Positions 51,873 through 64,000 of a stretch of DNA of 64,000 nt are shown in pieces (position 1 is the first letter of the stretch; the number at the start of each line of letters is the position of its first letter). The translations under genes and the position numbers were made by a program. This DNA is from Octopus vulgaris (lineage: Eukaryota), in NCBI GenBank assembly GCA_951406725.2, contig OX597815.1:192386001-192450000 (forward strand), written 5' to 3'. A model generated the notes under the pieces. That model was not told the origin of the DNA and did no database searches. It was given only the letters and a program-made list of their open reading frames with translations.

Positions 51873-52261
51873 GGATGGAAGCACTCCGTCGGTTACGACG
51901 ACGAGGGTTCCGGTTGATCCGAATCAACGGAACAGCCTGCTCGTGAAATTAACGTGTAAGTGGCTGAGCACTCCACAGACACGTGTACCCTTAACGTAGT
52001 TCTCGGGGATATTCAGCGTGACACAGAGAGTGACAAGGCCGGCCCCTTGAAATACAGGTACAACAGAAACAGGAAGTAAGAGTGAGAGGAAGTTGTGGTG
52101 AAAGAGTACAGCAGGGATCACCACCATCCCCTGCCGGAGCCTCGTGGAGCTTTTAGGTGTTTTCGCTCAATAAACACTCACAACGCCCGGTCTGGGAATC
52201 GAAACCGCGATCCTATGACCGCGAGTCCACTGCCCTAACCACTGGGCCATTGTGCCTCCAC
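51873..52261 (-). mobile_element. SINE family C with D-type tail and 12-bp TSD
   Basis: TSD ttttaagacggt at 51861-51872 and 52262-52273. Confidence 0.92.
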
Positions 52262-52304
52262 TTTTAAGACGGTAGGTTGTTATTCGAAGGAGATTTAGTA
52301 AATA

Positions 52305-52706
52305 CTAGCAGTATCACCCGGCGTTGCTCGGGTTTGTAAGGGAAATAACTATATAAGCATTTTTAGAGATGTAAAGTATAATAGCCATCTAAATATGGCT
52401 AACCACAAAGGGGGGGGGGGGTGTTACTGTAGCTTTTTACGTTCTGAGATTTAATAATACATTTTTAGAGAGTTACTTCCCTTATATAAACCGAGCGAAA
52501 AGGCATTAAAAATACGGAAAAATGATGGTAAATTTTTTTTAAAATCGTAGACTCATCGTAGACGCGCGCTAATACCCAGAAGGGCTCGATATGAATCACG
52601 ACTATAAGATACCCGCTTTTGGTTAAACTGCACCGCAAAATGTGGGAGTAGTTAGGAATCTAAATCGTAGGAGACAGACACACAACTTCACTTTTATATA
52701 TAAAGA
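52305..52706 (-). mobile_element. Non-autonomous Helitron
   Basis: Minus strand: A|TC...hairpin...CTAG|T. Confidence 0.82.
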
Positions 52707-53013
52707 TTTCTACCTGACAACAGATTTTTTCGCGTCGAGTTGATTGAATAAAGTACTTAGTTAATGTTTTCACGCGATTAATGAAGTTCAATATGACGAG
52801 AGGTTGGGATACATACGACATACAGCATTCTTGTTCACAGGAATAGAAATCATTGTTATTGAAGTAGAAGGGACAGAAAAAAAGGAGCAGTGTATCGGAG
52901 TGATGGAGATGGTAGTAAGTTGTTAAAGGATTAATTCTTTTGCTTGCTGTCAATGATATTCAGGTGTTCAACTTGTCCTACACACAAACACATACATGCA
53001 CACAGAGAGACAC

Positions 53014-53053
<40 letters not shown>

Positions 53054-53055
<2 letters not shown>

Positions 53056-53236
53056 CGCAGGAGTGGCTGTGTGGTAAGTAGCTTGTTTACCAACCACATG
53101 GTTCTGGGTTCAGTCTCACTGCGTGGCACCTTGGGCAAGTGTCTTCTACTATAGCCTCGGGCCGACCAAAGCCTTGTGAGTGGATTTGGTAGACGGAAAC
53201 TGAAAGAAGCCCGTCGTATATATGTATATATATATA

Positions 53237-53276
<40 letters not shown>

Positions 53277-53495
53277 TGTGTGTGTTTGTGTGTCTGTGTT
53301 TGTCCCCTAGCATTGCTTGACAACCGATGCTGGTGTGTTTATGTCCCCGTTACTTAGCGGTTCGGCAAAAGAGACCGATAGAATAAGTACTGGGCTTACA
53401 AAAGAATAAGTACCGGTGTCGAGTTGCTCGATTAAAGGCAGTGCTCCAGCATGGCTGCAGTCAAATGACTGAAACAAGTAAATGAGAAAGAGAAA
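53054..53495 (+). mobile_element. SINE family B, full length
   Basis: Head, core, internal microsatellite and tail all present. Confidence 0.9.
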
Positions 53496-53514
53496 AGATA
53501 TATATATATACACA

Positions 53515-54071
53515 CGAGCAAAACGTCCCCCACCGTCCAATGGACGGTGCTGAGTTGTCAAACATTTAAACCAAATTTTCTCAAAACAACTTGTCCGACC
53601 GTCCCATAGGCCTCCCCGTTGAGAAACCCTGATTTAACCTAAATTTGAGACACCAGCAAAAGAAGAAATAAAGATAGACTTTTTTTGCTATTCCAAAGAA
53701 AAACGATTTTATTCACACAAATATGCAACCGAAGAGTTTAAAGTACCAGTAATGATAAGGCTGTTGACTGGGAGAACACAAACATGGTTTAAACAGTAAG
53801 CTTGGCAGGAAAGAAAAGTGTCTTTAAGCAGTACAAAAATAACAAAAAATGAAAGGTGCAGTTATGTACAGGTTGACGGATGAAAAGCAGGACAAAAACG
53901 GCTTTATCGATCGCATTCTCACCTGGAATCGATTTTTGTAAATTTTTCAAGACTTATACACGCCCTGATGACGTCGGAATCTACATATGAAATTTGAGCG
54001 CAATCGGATGGAGGATGCCCGAGATCCTAGAAGACACACACACACAGGCAGAACGGATTTTATATAATAGA
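53515..54071 (-). mobile_element. Non-autonomous Helitron, different 3' end
   Basis: Minus strand: A|TCtattatata...hairpin caccgtccattggacggtg...CTCG|T. Confidence 0.6.
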
Positions 54072-54409
54072 TATATGTATATATATGAGAAAGAGAGAGA
54101 GAGAGAGAGAGATATGGTCTTCAAATGGTTGAATCAATAGACTGGACGATGGACACTTGACCGTCTTGAATCCATTGGTCTCAGTGGACTGTCTCTCTCT
54201 TGTCTTTTTCATAGTGATAACCGCTCCATCTGTCTTTTAATAAAACTTTCGGTTTCTTTGTAGTTATGTTTTGTAGTAGTGTTCTGATGCGCTAAAACGT
54301 ACAACTTACTATACAAATTAGGGATCAATTTTTCACTTTGGTTACACTCAATTTCTTATATGATGTAGTCTGTGTAATATCATTAATACCGTCTCTGACT
54401 ACAACATAT

Positions 54410-54850
54410 TTATTTCTTTATTGCTCACAAGGGGCTGCCCACAGAAGGGACAAACAAGGACAGACAAAGGGACAAAGTCGATTATATCGATCCCAATGCG
54501 TAACTGGCACTTATTTAATCGACCCCGAAAGGATGAAAAGCAAAGTCGACCTCGGCGGAATTTGAACTCAGAACGTAGCGGCAGACGAAATACCGCTAAG
54601 CATTTCACCTGGTGTGCTAACGATTCTGCCAGCTTGGGTTTCAAATTTTGGCACATGGTCAGCAATCTGGAAGAGGGTTAAGTCGATATCATCTACCGGC
54701 AGATTTCAACTAGTACTTTATTTTACCTACTCCGAAAGCATGAAAGACAAAGTCGACTCCACCGGTGTTTGAATTTAAAAGGTAAATTCGGAAGAAATAC
54801 TGCTAAACATTTTTCCCGAAGCGGTAACGATTCTGCTAGCTCGTTGCCAT
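54410..54850 (-). mobile_element. SINE family A: young copy (~54410-54635) plus degenerate copy
   Basis: Core and head match. Confidence 0.8.
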
Positions 54851-55664
54851 TGACTACAACATAATAACAAGAGCCATATATAGTTGAAATGAACAGACCA
54901 ACTACTTAATTTCCACGAACTTGATGGATTCGTCAATTGCTAAACCTCATGGAATTCTGGGATTTAATTTTCGGTGAGCCTCACTTTCCTCGTTGCAATT
55001 TTATAGCCGTATATCCGAATTCCCACTTCCATCTAGGTAGCATTGAAGATAATTAAAGGTTCTTAAAAACCAATCTTATAAAAGAGCAGAATCTCTTAAG
55101 TGTCATGATTACTTTGGTGGCTTTCATTTCTATATTTTTATTGGAAATCTAATCCTTTGTGAAACCTGGTCTCCAAGTAATGTATTCATTATGCAGGCGT
55201 GGTTTCACACAATTTTCGAGTAAAAGAAGGCTAACTTTCACATTTTCTTTATTTTTTAGAAAGGCGAGTTCTCCCGCATATTAAAGAGTTATAGAATTCT
55301 ACAATAACGTATCCCTGATCATGCGTAAAATTTATGCATAAAACTTGGTTCGGTTGGTTAACGATTGTCGTACAGGCGTGTAAATTTGTAAACCTCATTA
55401 GCTTCATGTGCACAAATTTTATTATTGCTACAATTTTACAAGTTTTGATTTTAAGATTAAAAACAATTTTTTTTTTTCTCTAAATCGTCGACAGAAAATA
55501 TTTATCAGCATTTACCAGGCACGAACGTGGTTTTGTAATTAAGCCACAGATTTCCAAGTTCGGCCCCAACTCACGGTGCTTTGAGCAACTATCTTCTATT
55601 TATACACTTGATTTGAACATTACTTTAGGAGTGAAATTTGATAGGACGAAAATTACGAAACGCA

Positions 55665-55975
55665 CAGTCATTTGACTGCAGCCATGCTGGGGCACCGCCT
55701 TGAAGGGTTTTCAGTCGAATGAATCGACCCCAGTACTTCTTTTTAAAGCCTGGTCCTTATTCTGTCTCTTTTGCCGAACTGCTAAGTTACGGGGACATAA
55801 ACATACCAACACCGGTTGTCAAGCGGCAGTGGGAGATAAACACAGACACAAGACACACGCATATGCGCATACACGCGCACGCACACACACACATGCTCAC
55901 ACACACATTTATATAGACGAGCTTCTTTTAGTTTCCGTTTACAAATCTACTCACAAGGCTTTGGCTATTGTAGTT
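55665..55975 (-). mobile_element. SINE family B, partial
   Basis: cagtcatttgactgcagccatgctgg...ctcacaaggctttgg. Confidence 0.8.
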
Positions 55976-55999
55976 GGAAAGCAAATTTCTTATATATTA

Positions 56000-56128
56000 T
56001 ATAGATATAGATACAAATAGATAGACAAATAGACAAATAGATTGATAGATAGACAAATAGATAGATAGACAAATAGACAGATAGACAAATAGATAGATAG
56101 ATAGATAGATAGACAGATAGATAGACAA

Positions 56129-56181
<53 letters not shown>

Positions 56182-56268
56182 CAAATAGATAGATAGATAG
56201 ATAGATAGACAAATAGATAGATAGACAGATAGACAAATAGACAGACAGACAGACAGAGACAGACAGAT

Positions 56269-56299
<31 letters not shown>

Positions 56300-56300
56300 A
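56000..56300. repeat. (GATA)/(GACA)/(CATA)n microsatellite
   Basis: Direct inspection. Confidence 0.95.
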
Positions 56301-57537
56301 ACATACATAAGTAAGCAAGTACATAGGAGCAAAACAAGGTGGAGAAACTAGTACTCGAATACCGAAGATGGAGTGAATACTGTTTGTTAAAGCCGAAAAC
56401 AAATTCACAAAACGGTTACTCAGAGTTTCACGCAACCGTTCATTACTGTTGTAATAATACAGATTAGTAAAGCAATTTTTATAGATTGTGAGTATATTTA
56501 AACATTTATGAATACTAGTTCAACGAATAAGTCTTTAAATGTCTCTCTATATAAGATAGTGGTGATTGTGACGGTGGCTGTGGTTGTTGTTAAGGTAGTG
56601 CTGGTTGAAGTGGTGCTGGTAGCGATAGTGATACTAGTAGTGCTAATGGTTCTGGTAATGGGTCCTCGTAATCGAACGATGGGGATGCAGTTATTCGATT
56701 AGCTGACTTACCCGTTTCCGAATTAACGTGTTAGTGTTCGAGAATTCCCGAGAATTCCGCAGACATATATACTTTTAAAGTGATTTTCAAGCGGAATCTG
56801 CACTAAATTATTCCATACAAAAAGAAAACAACAACGCCAACAATAAAAAAAAAACCTCTAAAAGTGTGGTCGCCCTAACCGAGGATGCTTCATCACCTTA
56901 TAAACACGTCTTATAAATTTGAATCAGGATATATTTTCACTGTAAAAAACCCCACTTCACTAGCTCGTAAAAAGATTTAATTCAAGCTCCCAAATTCTAA
57001 TGAAGTTTACATCGGACAGACAAAATTTACCAAGAGAAACATACCCTGTATTCAAATGACGACAAAGACAAGATCATAGTATTATGCAGATTCCACAAAG
57101 TTTTCATTTAGACATATATGCAACATATTACAAAAATTCCTAGTCATCTCACTTTGCCTTTGTTCTGACAAAACCACGGATCAAATACGGACACATAAAG
57201 GAAACAAGCTTATTAAAAAAAATCCTGACTACGACTGAATAATATATAAGATATCAGAGACATTACATTATTGTAGTTCACATTCTTACACCCAGACACG
57301 TAGACAACCACTTAAATATGAAAAGGAAGTTATTTCTCTATTTTTAGCTATTTGAACTGTCTGCTGTTCATACAATCATACAATATCCTCTAGAGAAATA
57401 TAACCATAACTTGTTATGGACGCAACTAACGCCCAAATTGTTATACAACTTAATATAAGGACATAGCACGTAGTTGCTATCGGTGCTGTCAAAAGACACG
57501 TTTACTGATCGAATACAGGTTTACTGATCGAAAATAG

Positions 57538-57700
57538 CCGCGGGAGTGGCTGTGTGGTAAGTAGCTTGCTTACCGACCACATGGTCTCGGGTTCAGTCCC
57601 CATTGCGTGGTACCTTGGGCAAGTGTCTTCTACTATAGCTACGGGCCGACCAAGGCCTTGTGAGTGGATTTGGTAGACGGAAATTGGAAGAAGCACGTCG

Positions 57701-57732
<32 letters not shown>

Positions 57733-57960
57733 TGTATGTATGTATGTGTGTGTATATATTTGTGTGTCTGTTTGTCCCTCCAGCATCGCTTGACAACCAA
57801 CGCTGGTGTGTTTCCGTCCCCGTAACTTAGCGGTTCGGCAAAAGAGACCGATAGAATTAGTACTTGGCTTACAAAGAATAAGCTCTGGGGTCGAAATGCT
57901 CGACTATAAAGGCAGTGCTCCAGCATGGCCGCAATCAAATGACTGAAACAAATAAAAGAG
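57538..57960 (+). mobile_element. SINE family B, full length
   Basis: Match to the 53054 copy. Confidence 0.88.
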
Positions 57961-58789
57961 AGTCAGACATTCAGATTTTGATGCATTACCACATGGCCCT
58001 CTGACTTCGTGACCACCTTCGACCAACCAAACTGCACCTCAGCTTATGACAGTTTGAGATGTAATATCACCTTAGTAAGAAGCGAATATTCACAGTCCAA
58101 TCAGAGCCGAGACAAATAAGGTAGAGCTCTAGGTCCTTCCATCTAACATTATTTTTGAAAATAATGAAATTATGAAACCGGTTGATAATGTTTATAACTC
58201 ATTTTAAAAGCCCACGCGTATGGCTAGCTTTTCTTTTCTTGATACTTATATTCGTGAGAAAAGAATCTTATTTTCTTTATATGTGCGCATATGTTTGTGC
58301 GTGTATGTGCACTAATGTGTTATCCATCATTTGAAGGCTAACAGTTGGAATATGCAGTTGTCACTCCGTCAATATCAATTAATGCTACATAAATACAATA
58401 ATTATAATTTCGTTTTTTCAAATTTCACGATGAATGACTATCAATGAATTGAAAACTAATTTTCGAGAAATAGATATTCATTAAATTAGAATGAAATAAA
58501 AATTAAACAAAATTCTCGTTTGTATATTTGCGATAAATATGTGCTATCAATAACAATAATGCTGCTTTAATTATCAATTAATTAGAAATGCAACATTAGC
58601 AACAGTACGTTCACAAATTTACCTGACTTATGAATGTCAAAGGAGATAAGACCAGTTATCTCTTTTGAAACGGACAGTGAGAGAATTGAGAAACACTGCC
58701 AAATACATATACAATATATCTAATATATGCGTGCATCCGTGTGTGCGTGTATGTGTGTGTAAGAATATATATATAAATATATACATATG

Positions 58790-59425
58790 TCAGTTATTCA
58801 GTTTTATTTCTAGATTCTTGCCAATAAAGAAAGATCCGATTTCTAATCTAGATCCAAAGCACCTTCACTGGAATTTTAAACACCATTAACAAAATATTTG
58901 TGTTTGGTTGTCTGAATATGTGCTGTGCTGTATTTGGAGTCAGTGCATGTAAAGATTTGTATTTATGTATTATCACTCTTGCCTAGACGTGCACATATAT
59001 ACTTAAATGCTAATCTTCTGGAAAGTTTTACAGATTTTGACAGTTCTCTTAATTGCTTGAATCCGTTATCTAATTAGCTTTCTCCTTTTTGGTTTTGAGA
59101 CGCCTAATTTCTCAACATTGGTGCTTAGGCAGTTTGTTATTTATCCCAGTGCCCCAATAATTACAGGTATAAACCTGAACTTGTAATCCCGGTAGAGCAT
59201 CTGCGAACTTCTCAATAGTTCAGTGTAGGTATTTCCTTTTTCGCTTATCTTTAGCTTTATGTTGACATCTGCTGGGCAACTAATTTCCACTACTGTACAT
59301 TGTTTCTTTCCTCTGTCCCAAATCACTATGTCTGGTCTATTGCTTTTACATTTTGTTGGGGTTTTCACTGAGAAATTCCACCAGTACTCTTTCATATTAT
59401 GAGTGGTTATGGTCTCTACCATCAT
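58790..59425 (-). mobile_element. R4/Dong-like LINE 3' fragment
   Basis: EYWWNFSVKT...NRPDIVIWD...VVEISCPADVNIKLK...FIPVIIGALG; 3' UTR like 30360-30475; (CATA)n at the 5' junction. Confidence 0.87.
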
Positions 59426-59464
59426 GTATGTATGTATGTATGTATGTATGTATGTATGTATGCA

Positions 59465-59680
59465 TGTCTCTTCTATTTTTTAATTATTATAATTCTTCCA
59501 CTGAGAAAGGAGCCGGTTTCCAACAAAGATACAAGGCTCCATCTTTGGGATGTAGCTATTACAGACAAATTCACATTTGGAACTTGAGAACAGTCTCGTA
59601 TATATTAAATCCCAGTTTATCCAGATTCTCATTTAAACATTTACTAAGAAAACCTAGTGCTCCAATTATTATTGGTATGA
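59465..59680 (-). mobile_element. Short R4/Dong-like LINE 3' fragment
   Basis: PIIIGALGFLSKCLNENL followed by a 3' UTR matching ~17596-17645 (ggaaacc.gctcc.ttctcagtggaaga); (CATA)n tail. Confidence 0.75.
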
Positions 59681-59696
59681 TGTATGTATCTATGTA

Positions 59697-60200
59697 TATT
59701 ACGTTGGTAAGAAAGTCCAGCTGCACATTTGACATAAGTATCTTGAGGGGACTTTTTCAATACCTATGGTGAACAAAAAAACATTAATTTTTGCATTATT
59801 TCGCTTCCTTTGCAGCTTATTTGATACCATAGTTGCTGTCAATTCGTAGCAAGTTTGCCTTTTAAAATAAGTTTAGCTCAAGCACTGCATGCTATATAAA
59901 TTCCAAAAGAGGATCTTCAGCAATGGGGGCGACAATAAGTATGTGTTCGGTTTACGGAAATTAAGTGCCCGGATATGCCAACGATTGTTTACGCAGTTTC
60001 TTTCAGGGACGTTTTCTCTCGCAGATTATTTGACGACTAACCGTAATTGAAGGGTAATTCAAAGAAAGCTTCACTAATATAAGCCAAAAAGTTTAATTCA
60101 AGTGCCACTTCGGACATAAAACACTTATATAAACAAGGAAAATTAATCAAAGTGCAACCCTCCGATCATCATTGAAGATTTGTAGTTTGTATTTTTTTAA
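59697..60200 (+). pseudogene. Degenerate mariner 5' end and HTH-coding remnant
   Basis: TIR-like tattacgttggtaagaaagt; frameshifted KHCMLYKFQK/GSSAMGATISMCSVYG/LSARICQRLFTQFLSGTFSLAD. Confidence 0.6.
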
Positions 60201-60204
60201 ATAA

Positions 60205-60345
60205 AGCTTGCTTACCAACCACATGGTTCCAGGTTCAGTTCCACTGCGTGGCATCTGGAGCAAGTGTCTTCTACTATAGCTTCAGGCCGACCAAAGCCTT
60301 GTGAATGGATTTGGTAGACGGAAACTGAAAGAAGCCCGTCGTATA

Positions 60346-60408
<63 letters not shown>

Positions 60409-60623
60409 TTGTGTGTCTGTGTTTGTCCCCCCAACATCCCTTGACAACCGATGCTGGTGTGTTTACGTCCCCGTAACTTATCGGTTCGGCAAAAGACACC
60501 GATAGAATAAGTACTAGGCTTACAAAGAATAAGTCCTGGGGTCGATTTGCTCGACTAAAGGCGGTGCTCCAGCATGGCCGCAGTCAAATGACTGAAACAA
60601 CTAAAAGAGTAAAAGAGGAAAGA
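60205..60623 (+). mobile_element. SINE family B, slightly 5' truncated
   Basis: Match to the 53054 copy. Confidence 0.88.
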
Positions 60624-60830
60624 GTCTTTGTTCATATGTGATCTGTGGTTTTGTCAGAACAAAGGCGAAGTGATAAGACTAGGATTTTTTGTAATTTGTT
60701 CTACATATGTCTAAATCAGTGGTCCTCAACCATTTTTTACCTCTGAATCCCATTGATTCACACTGTACTCGGATAAACACACCTAGTCATTTAACATTTA
60801 AAAGTTTTATATTTCTAAAATTAAATATTG

Positions 60831-61224
60831 CTAGCAGTATCGCCCGGCGTTGTTCGGGTTTGTTTCGACCCTTTAGAATTCGAATTTTTGAAAAGTAAAA
60901 ATTTTGCATTATGCAGCTTGTTATTCTCTTTAAGTTAACATTTTTCTGATTGAAATACACCGTAAAATGGCGACACAGCAGTCAAAAGATCGTAAAAAAA
61001 TAGGGATTTTCATAGAAAAAAAGCACCTTTTTGATGTAAATAATTTTTGGTGTTAACATGGTCCGATTTGAATTTTTTTCTCCTACGGAAAGAAGAGCAA
61101 GCCTTCTTCTATCATACTCTCAATTTTGGTCAACTTGTGCTGCAGGGTCTCGGAGGAGATAGTGTTAGTTGAAGGCTACCAAACCTGCCATACACAAACA
61201 ACTTCAGCTTTATATATAGAGAGA
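60831..61224 (-). mobile_element. Non-autonomous Helitron (same subfamily as 1985-2370)
   Basis: Reverse complement of 1985-2370 over its whole length. Confidence 0.82.
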
Positions 61225-61439
61225 TTAAGAATTGTATATATTTGAGAAAAAATATTTTGTGCATTGTAAAGATATAAACAATTTATTGTAGATATATTTT
61301 AAGAACAAAAATCTTATATTGACCCCAAACTGAAATTCGTACTACTGTCCTAAACTATTAGTTATCCGCTGTCCAATTGCTGAAGCCAGTCAAAGAGAAA
61401 AACATTTAACACACGTTCCTGCATATAATATACACGGGG

Positions 61440-61709
61440 CTATTTCTTTACTACTCACAAGGGGCTAAACACAGAGCTATTTCTTTACTACCCACAAGGG
61501 GCTAAACACAGAGAGGACAAACAAGGACAGACAAAGGGATTAAGTCGATTACATCGATCCCAGTGCGTAACTGGTTCTTATTTAATCGACCCCGAAAGGA
61601 TGAAAAGCAAAGTCGACCTCGGCGGAATTTGAACTCACAACGTAGCGGCAGACGAAATACCGCTAAGCATTTCGCCCGGCGTGCTAACGCTTCTGCCAGC
61701 TCACCGCCT
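61440..61709 (-). mobile_element. SINE family A with duplicated tail
   Basis: ctatttcttt(a)ctac.cacaaggggctaaacacagag occurs twice. Confidence 0.85.
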
Positions 61710-62419
61710 CATACACACTTATGTATCATGTACATATACATTTGTATTCATGTATGTATGTGGGGAGATATCAGGAAAGAGAGAAAGAAAGAGACACACA
61801 TGTTTGCCTGCTTTTATGTTTGACCTTATAATTTGTACTTTCAAAGAAAACATTTACTTCGCTGCTTCTTGTCTTTTTAAAGACAATTTTCTTTTCCTTA
61901 TATTTTTCTTTGGTTGTTTCATATACCACATCTACAGAACTTTTAAAAAAACATGTTAAGTAGTCTTAGAAACGTATTTTCATCACAGGTGAATTATCAG
62001 CATTGGCCTAATCATACATCAATTGAACTTAAAAATATGCTATATATTTAGCTTCTTGGTGTAGTATGCTTGATATATAATTTAGATCTTTGATGTGATA
62101 TTATATAAGAGCTGTTATCGATGTGTGTCTTAAAAAGTTTGTATATACACCTCGTAATTCTGGGTTCGGTTGCTTGGGCAATTGTTTTCTACTATAATAT
62201 CGGTCCATTTTCAATATAAATGTTTATATTTATAAAGATATTAATAAGCATGATAAATATTCCAATGAATAATTTATAGTAATAACAATACGACGTTTTT
62301 AAAAACACTATTTTAAAATTTCTTATAACGAAAGCTTTTAACACTAACAATATCTTCGACCTCGCTCTGACTTACGCTCTGCGACAAATTGGACGGCTAT
62401 TATTTATAAACATTCTTTG

Positions 62420-62706
62420 CTGACACTCCGTCGGTTACGACGACGAAGGTTCCAGATGAAAATTAACGTGCAAGTGGCTGGGCACTCCACAGATACGCGT
62501 ACCTTTAACGTAGTTTTCAAGGAAATTCATCGTGACACAGGATGTGACAAAGGCGCCTCTTTGAAACACAGGTATATCTTATTTTTGCTAGCTGAATGGA
62601 CCGGAGTAATGTGAAATAAAGTCTCGTGCTCAAGGACACAATGCACCATCGGTTGTCAAGCGATGTTGGGGGGACAAACACAGACACACAAACATATACA
62701 CACACA

Positions 62707-62787
<81 letters not shown>

Positions 62788-62950
62788 GACGGGCCTGTTT
62801 CATTTTCCGTCTTCTAAATCCACTCACAAGGCTTTGGTCGGCCTGAGGCTATAGTAGAAGACACTTGCCCAAGGTGCCACGCAGTGGGACTGAACCAGGA
62901 ACCATGTGGTTTGTAAGCAAGCTATTTACCATACAGCCACTCTTGCACCT
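62420..62950 (-). mobile_element. SINE D tail fragment fused to SINE B 5' part
   Basis: D tail ~62420-62645; B ~62645-62950. Confidence 0.78.
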
Positions 62951-62996
62951 TAATAATTCACACACACACACATAACTATAATAACTGTATATAATA

Positions 62997-63368
62997 TCTC
63001 TCTATATATAAACGGCAGTTTGTCTGTGTGTGTTTCTGTGTGTCTGTTAGGTTGTACCCTCACCCTGACCACGGCTTTCAACCGATTCTGATGAAACTTG
63101 ACACACACATAGCCCAATGTCATAATTCAAAACTAACGCAGCGAAAATTTTGAAAAGTTCCCCCAGTTCTGAAAAAAATCGATAAATTCGACATGGGGTC
63201 GAGAATCAGAAACACAAACCACAGACTGTCTAGGGGACGCACATCGACCTTTTAAACTAAAAAAAAAATTTACCATCATTTTTTTCCCATTTTTTGGCTA
63301 TAACTCTCTAAAAATGCTTTATAGTTATTTCCCTTACAAACCCGAGCAACGCCGGGTGATACTGCTAG
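62997..63368 (+). mobile_element. Non-autonomous Helitron
   Basis: A|TCtctctatatataa...cccgagcaacgccggg...CTAG|T. Confidence 0.82.
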
Positions 63369-63845
63369 TATATCATAATGATATTTATTCTCTGATTTGA
63401 AGTGACAGTTTTTAAATATAAACAAATGACTGAACGGTTCGTTGAACATGTCAAGGGAAGTGTATTTTGACGTGTTCAACAAACTGTGACACCTAAGCCA
63501 AACCAAATCAACTTAAGTAATTTAGTAAAGCCACACATTGATTAGTCAGAATACAGTTTGCAAAACTTAACATTCTGGAGCTAATGCAAATGTATTTAAG
63601 GCACACATTTTAGCCAGTTCCCTACAGCTGTAAATTGTAAAACATAACTGTCACCACTACTACATTAACCTGAAGATTACATAGCTTAATGCATGAAAGT
63701 ACTAGTTCAATCAGAATGGACTTTTGATATTCTATCATTTCATTATATTATATTGTATTATTATAAGATTGTAAATAAAACGTGAGAATCAGACAAAGCT
63801 GGAATTTCTTTGAGTAATATATTCTTCTATGCATAATCATACACA

Positions 63846-63896
<51 letters not shown>

Positions 63897-64000
63897 GTGT
63901 GTGTGTGTGTGTGTGTATGAGTGTGTGTGTGTATTTTTTTTTTTTTTTTTTTTTTTTTGTACTTGTTTCAGTCATTTGACTGCGGCCATGCTGGAGCACC

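Noticed and set aside
57010-57330. Possible ancient CR1/L2-like LINE 3' remnant; possible hAT remnant at ~54900-55130
   Set aside because: Only vague motif echoes across many frameshifts; not supportable without an alignment

Overview
AT-rich, microsatellite-dense eukaryotic intergenic or intronic DNA. The repeat content looks like an octopus (coleoid cephalopod) genome; this is inferred from pattern recognition, not a database search. No intact host protein-coding gene is supported, and almost all listed ORFs are microsatellite or SINE artefacts. The window contains: (i) four families of tRNA-headed SINEs, some with target-site duplications (TSDs) or in tandem multimers; (ii) 5'-truncated R4/Dong-like LINEs with a restriction-like endonuclease (RLE), stacked in (TAA)n or (CATA)n tracts; (iii) seven non-autonomous Helitrons; (iv) a full-length but dead Tc1-type element with a DD36E triad, and two mariner remnants; (v) MITE-like and palindromic elements. 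The most interesting signal is non-coding: several minimal type I hammerhead ribozyme (HHR) motifs in short (TA)n-adjacent elements resembling Penelope pseudo-LTRs (pLTRs). These include a U3-A8 compensatory core variant (44697-44734), a copy with an intact core and a ~65-nt insertion in stem II (41728-41836), and a large palindrome with one hammerhead on each strand (48105-48801). Boundaries were read by eye and are approximate unless TSDs or termini are quoted.
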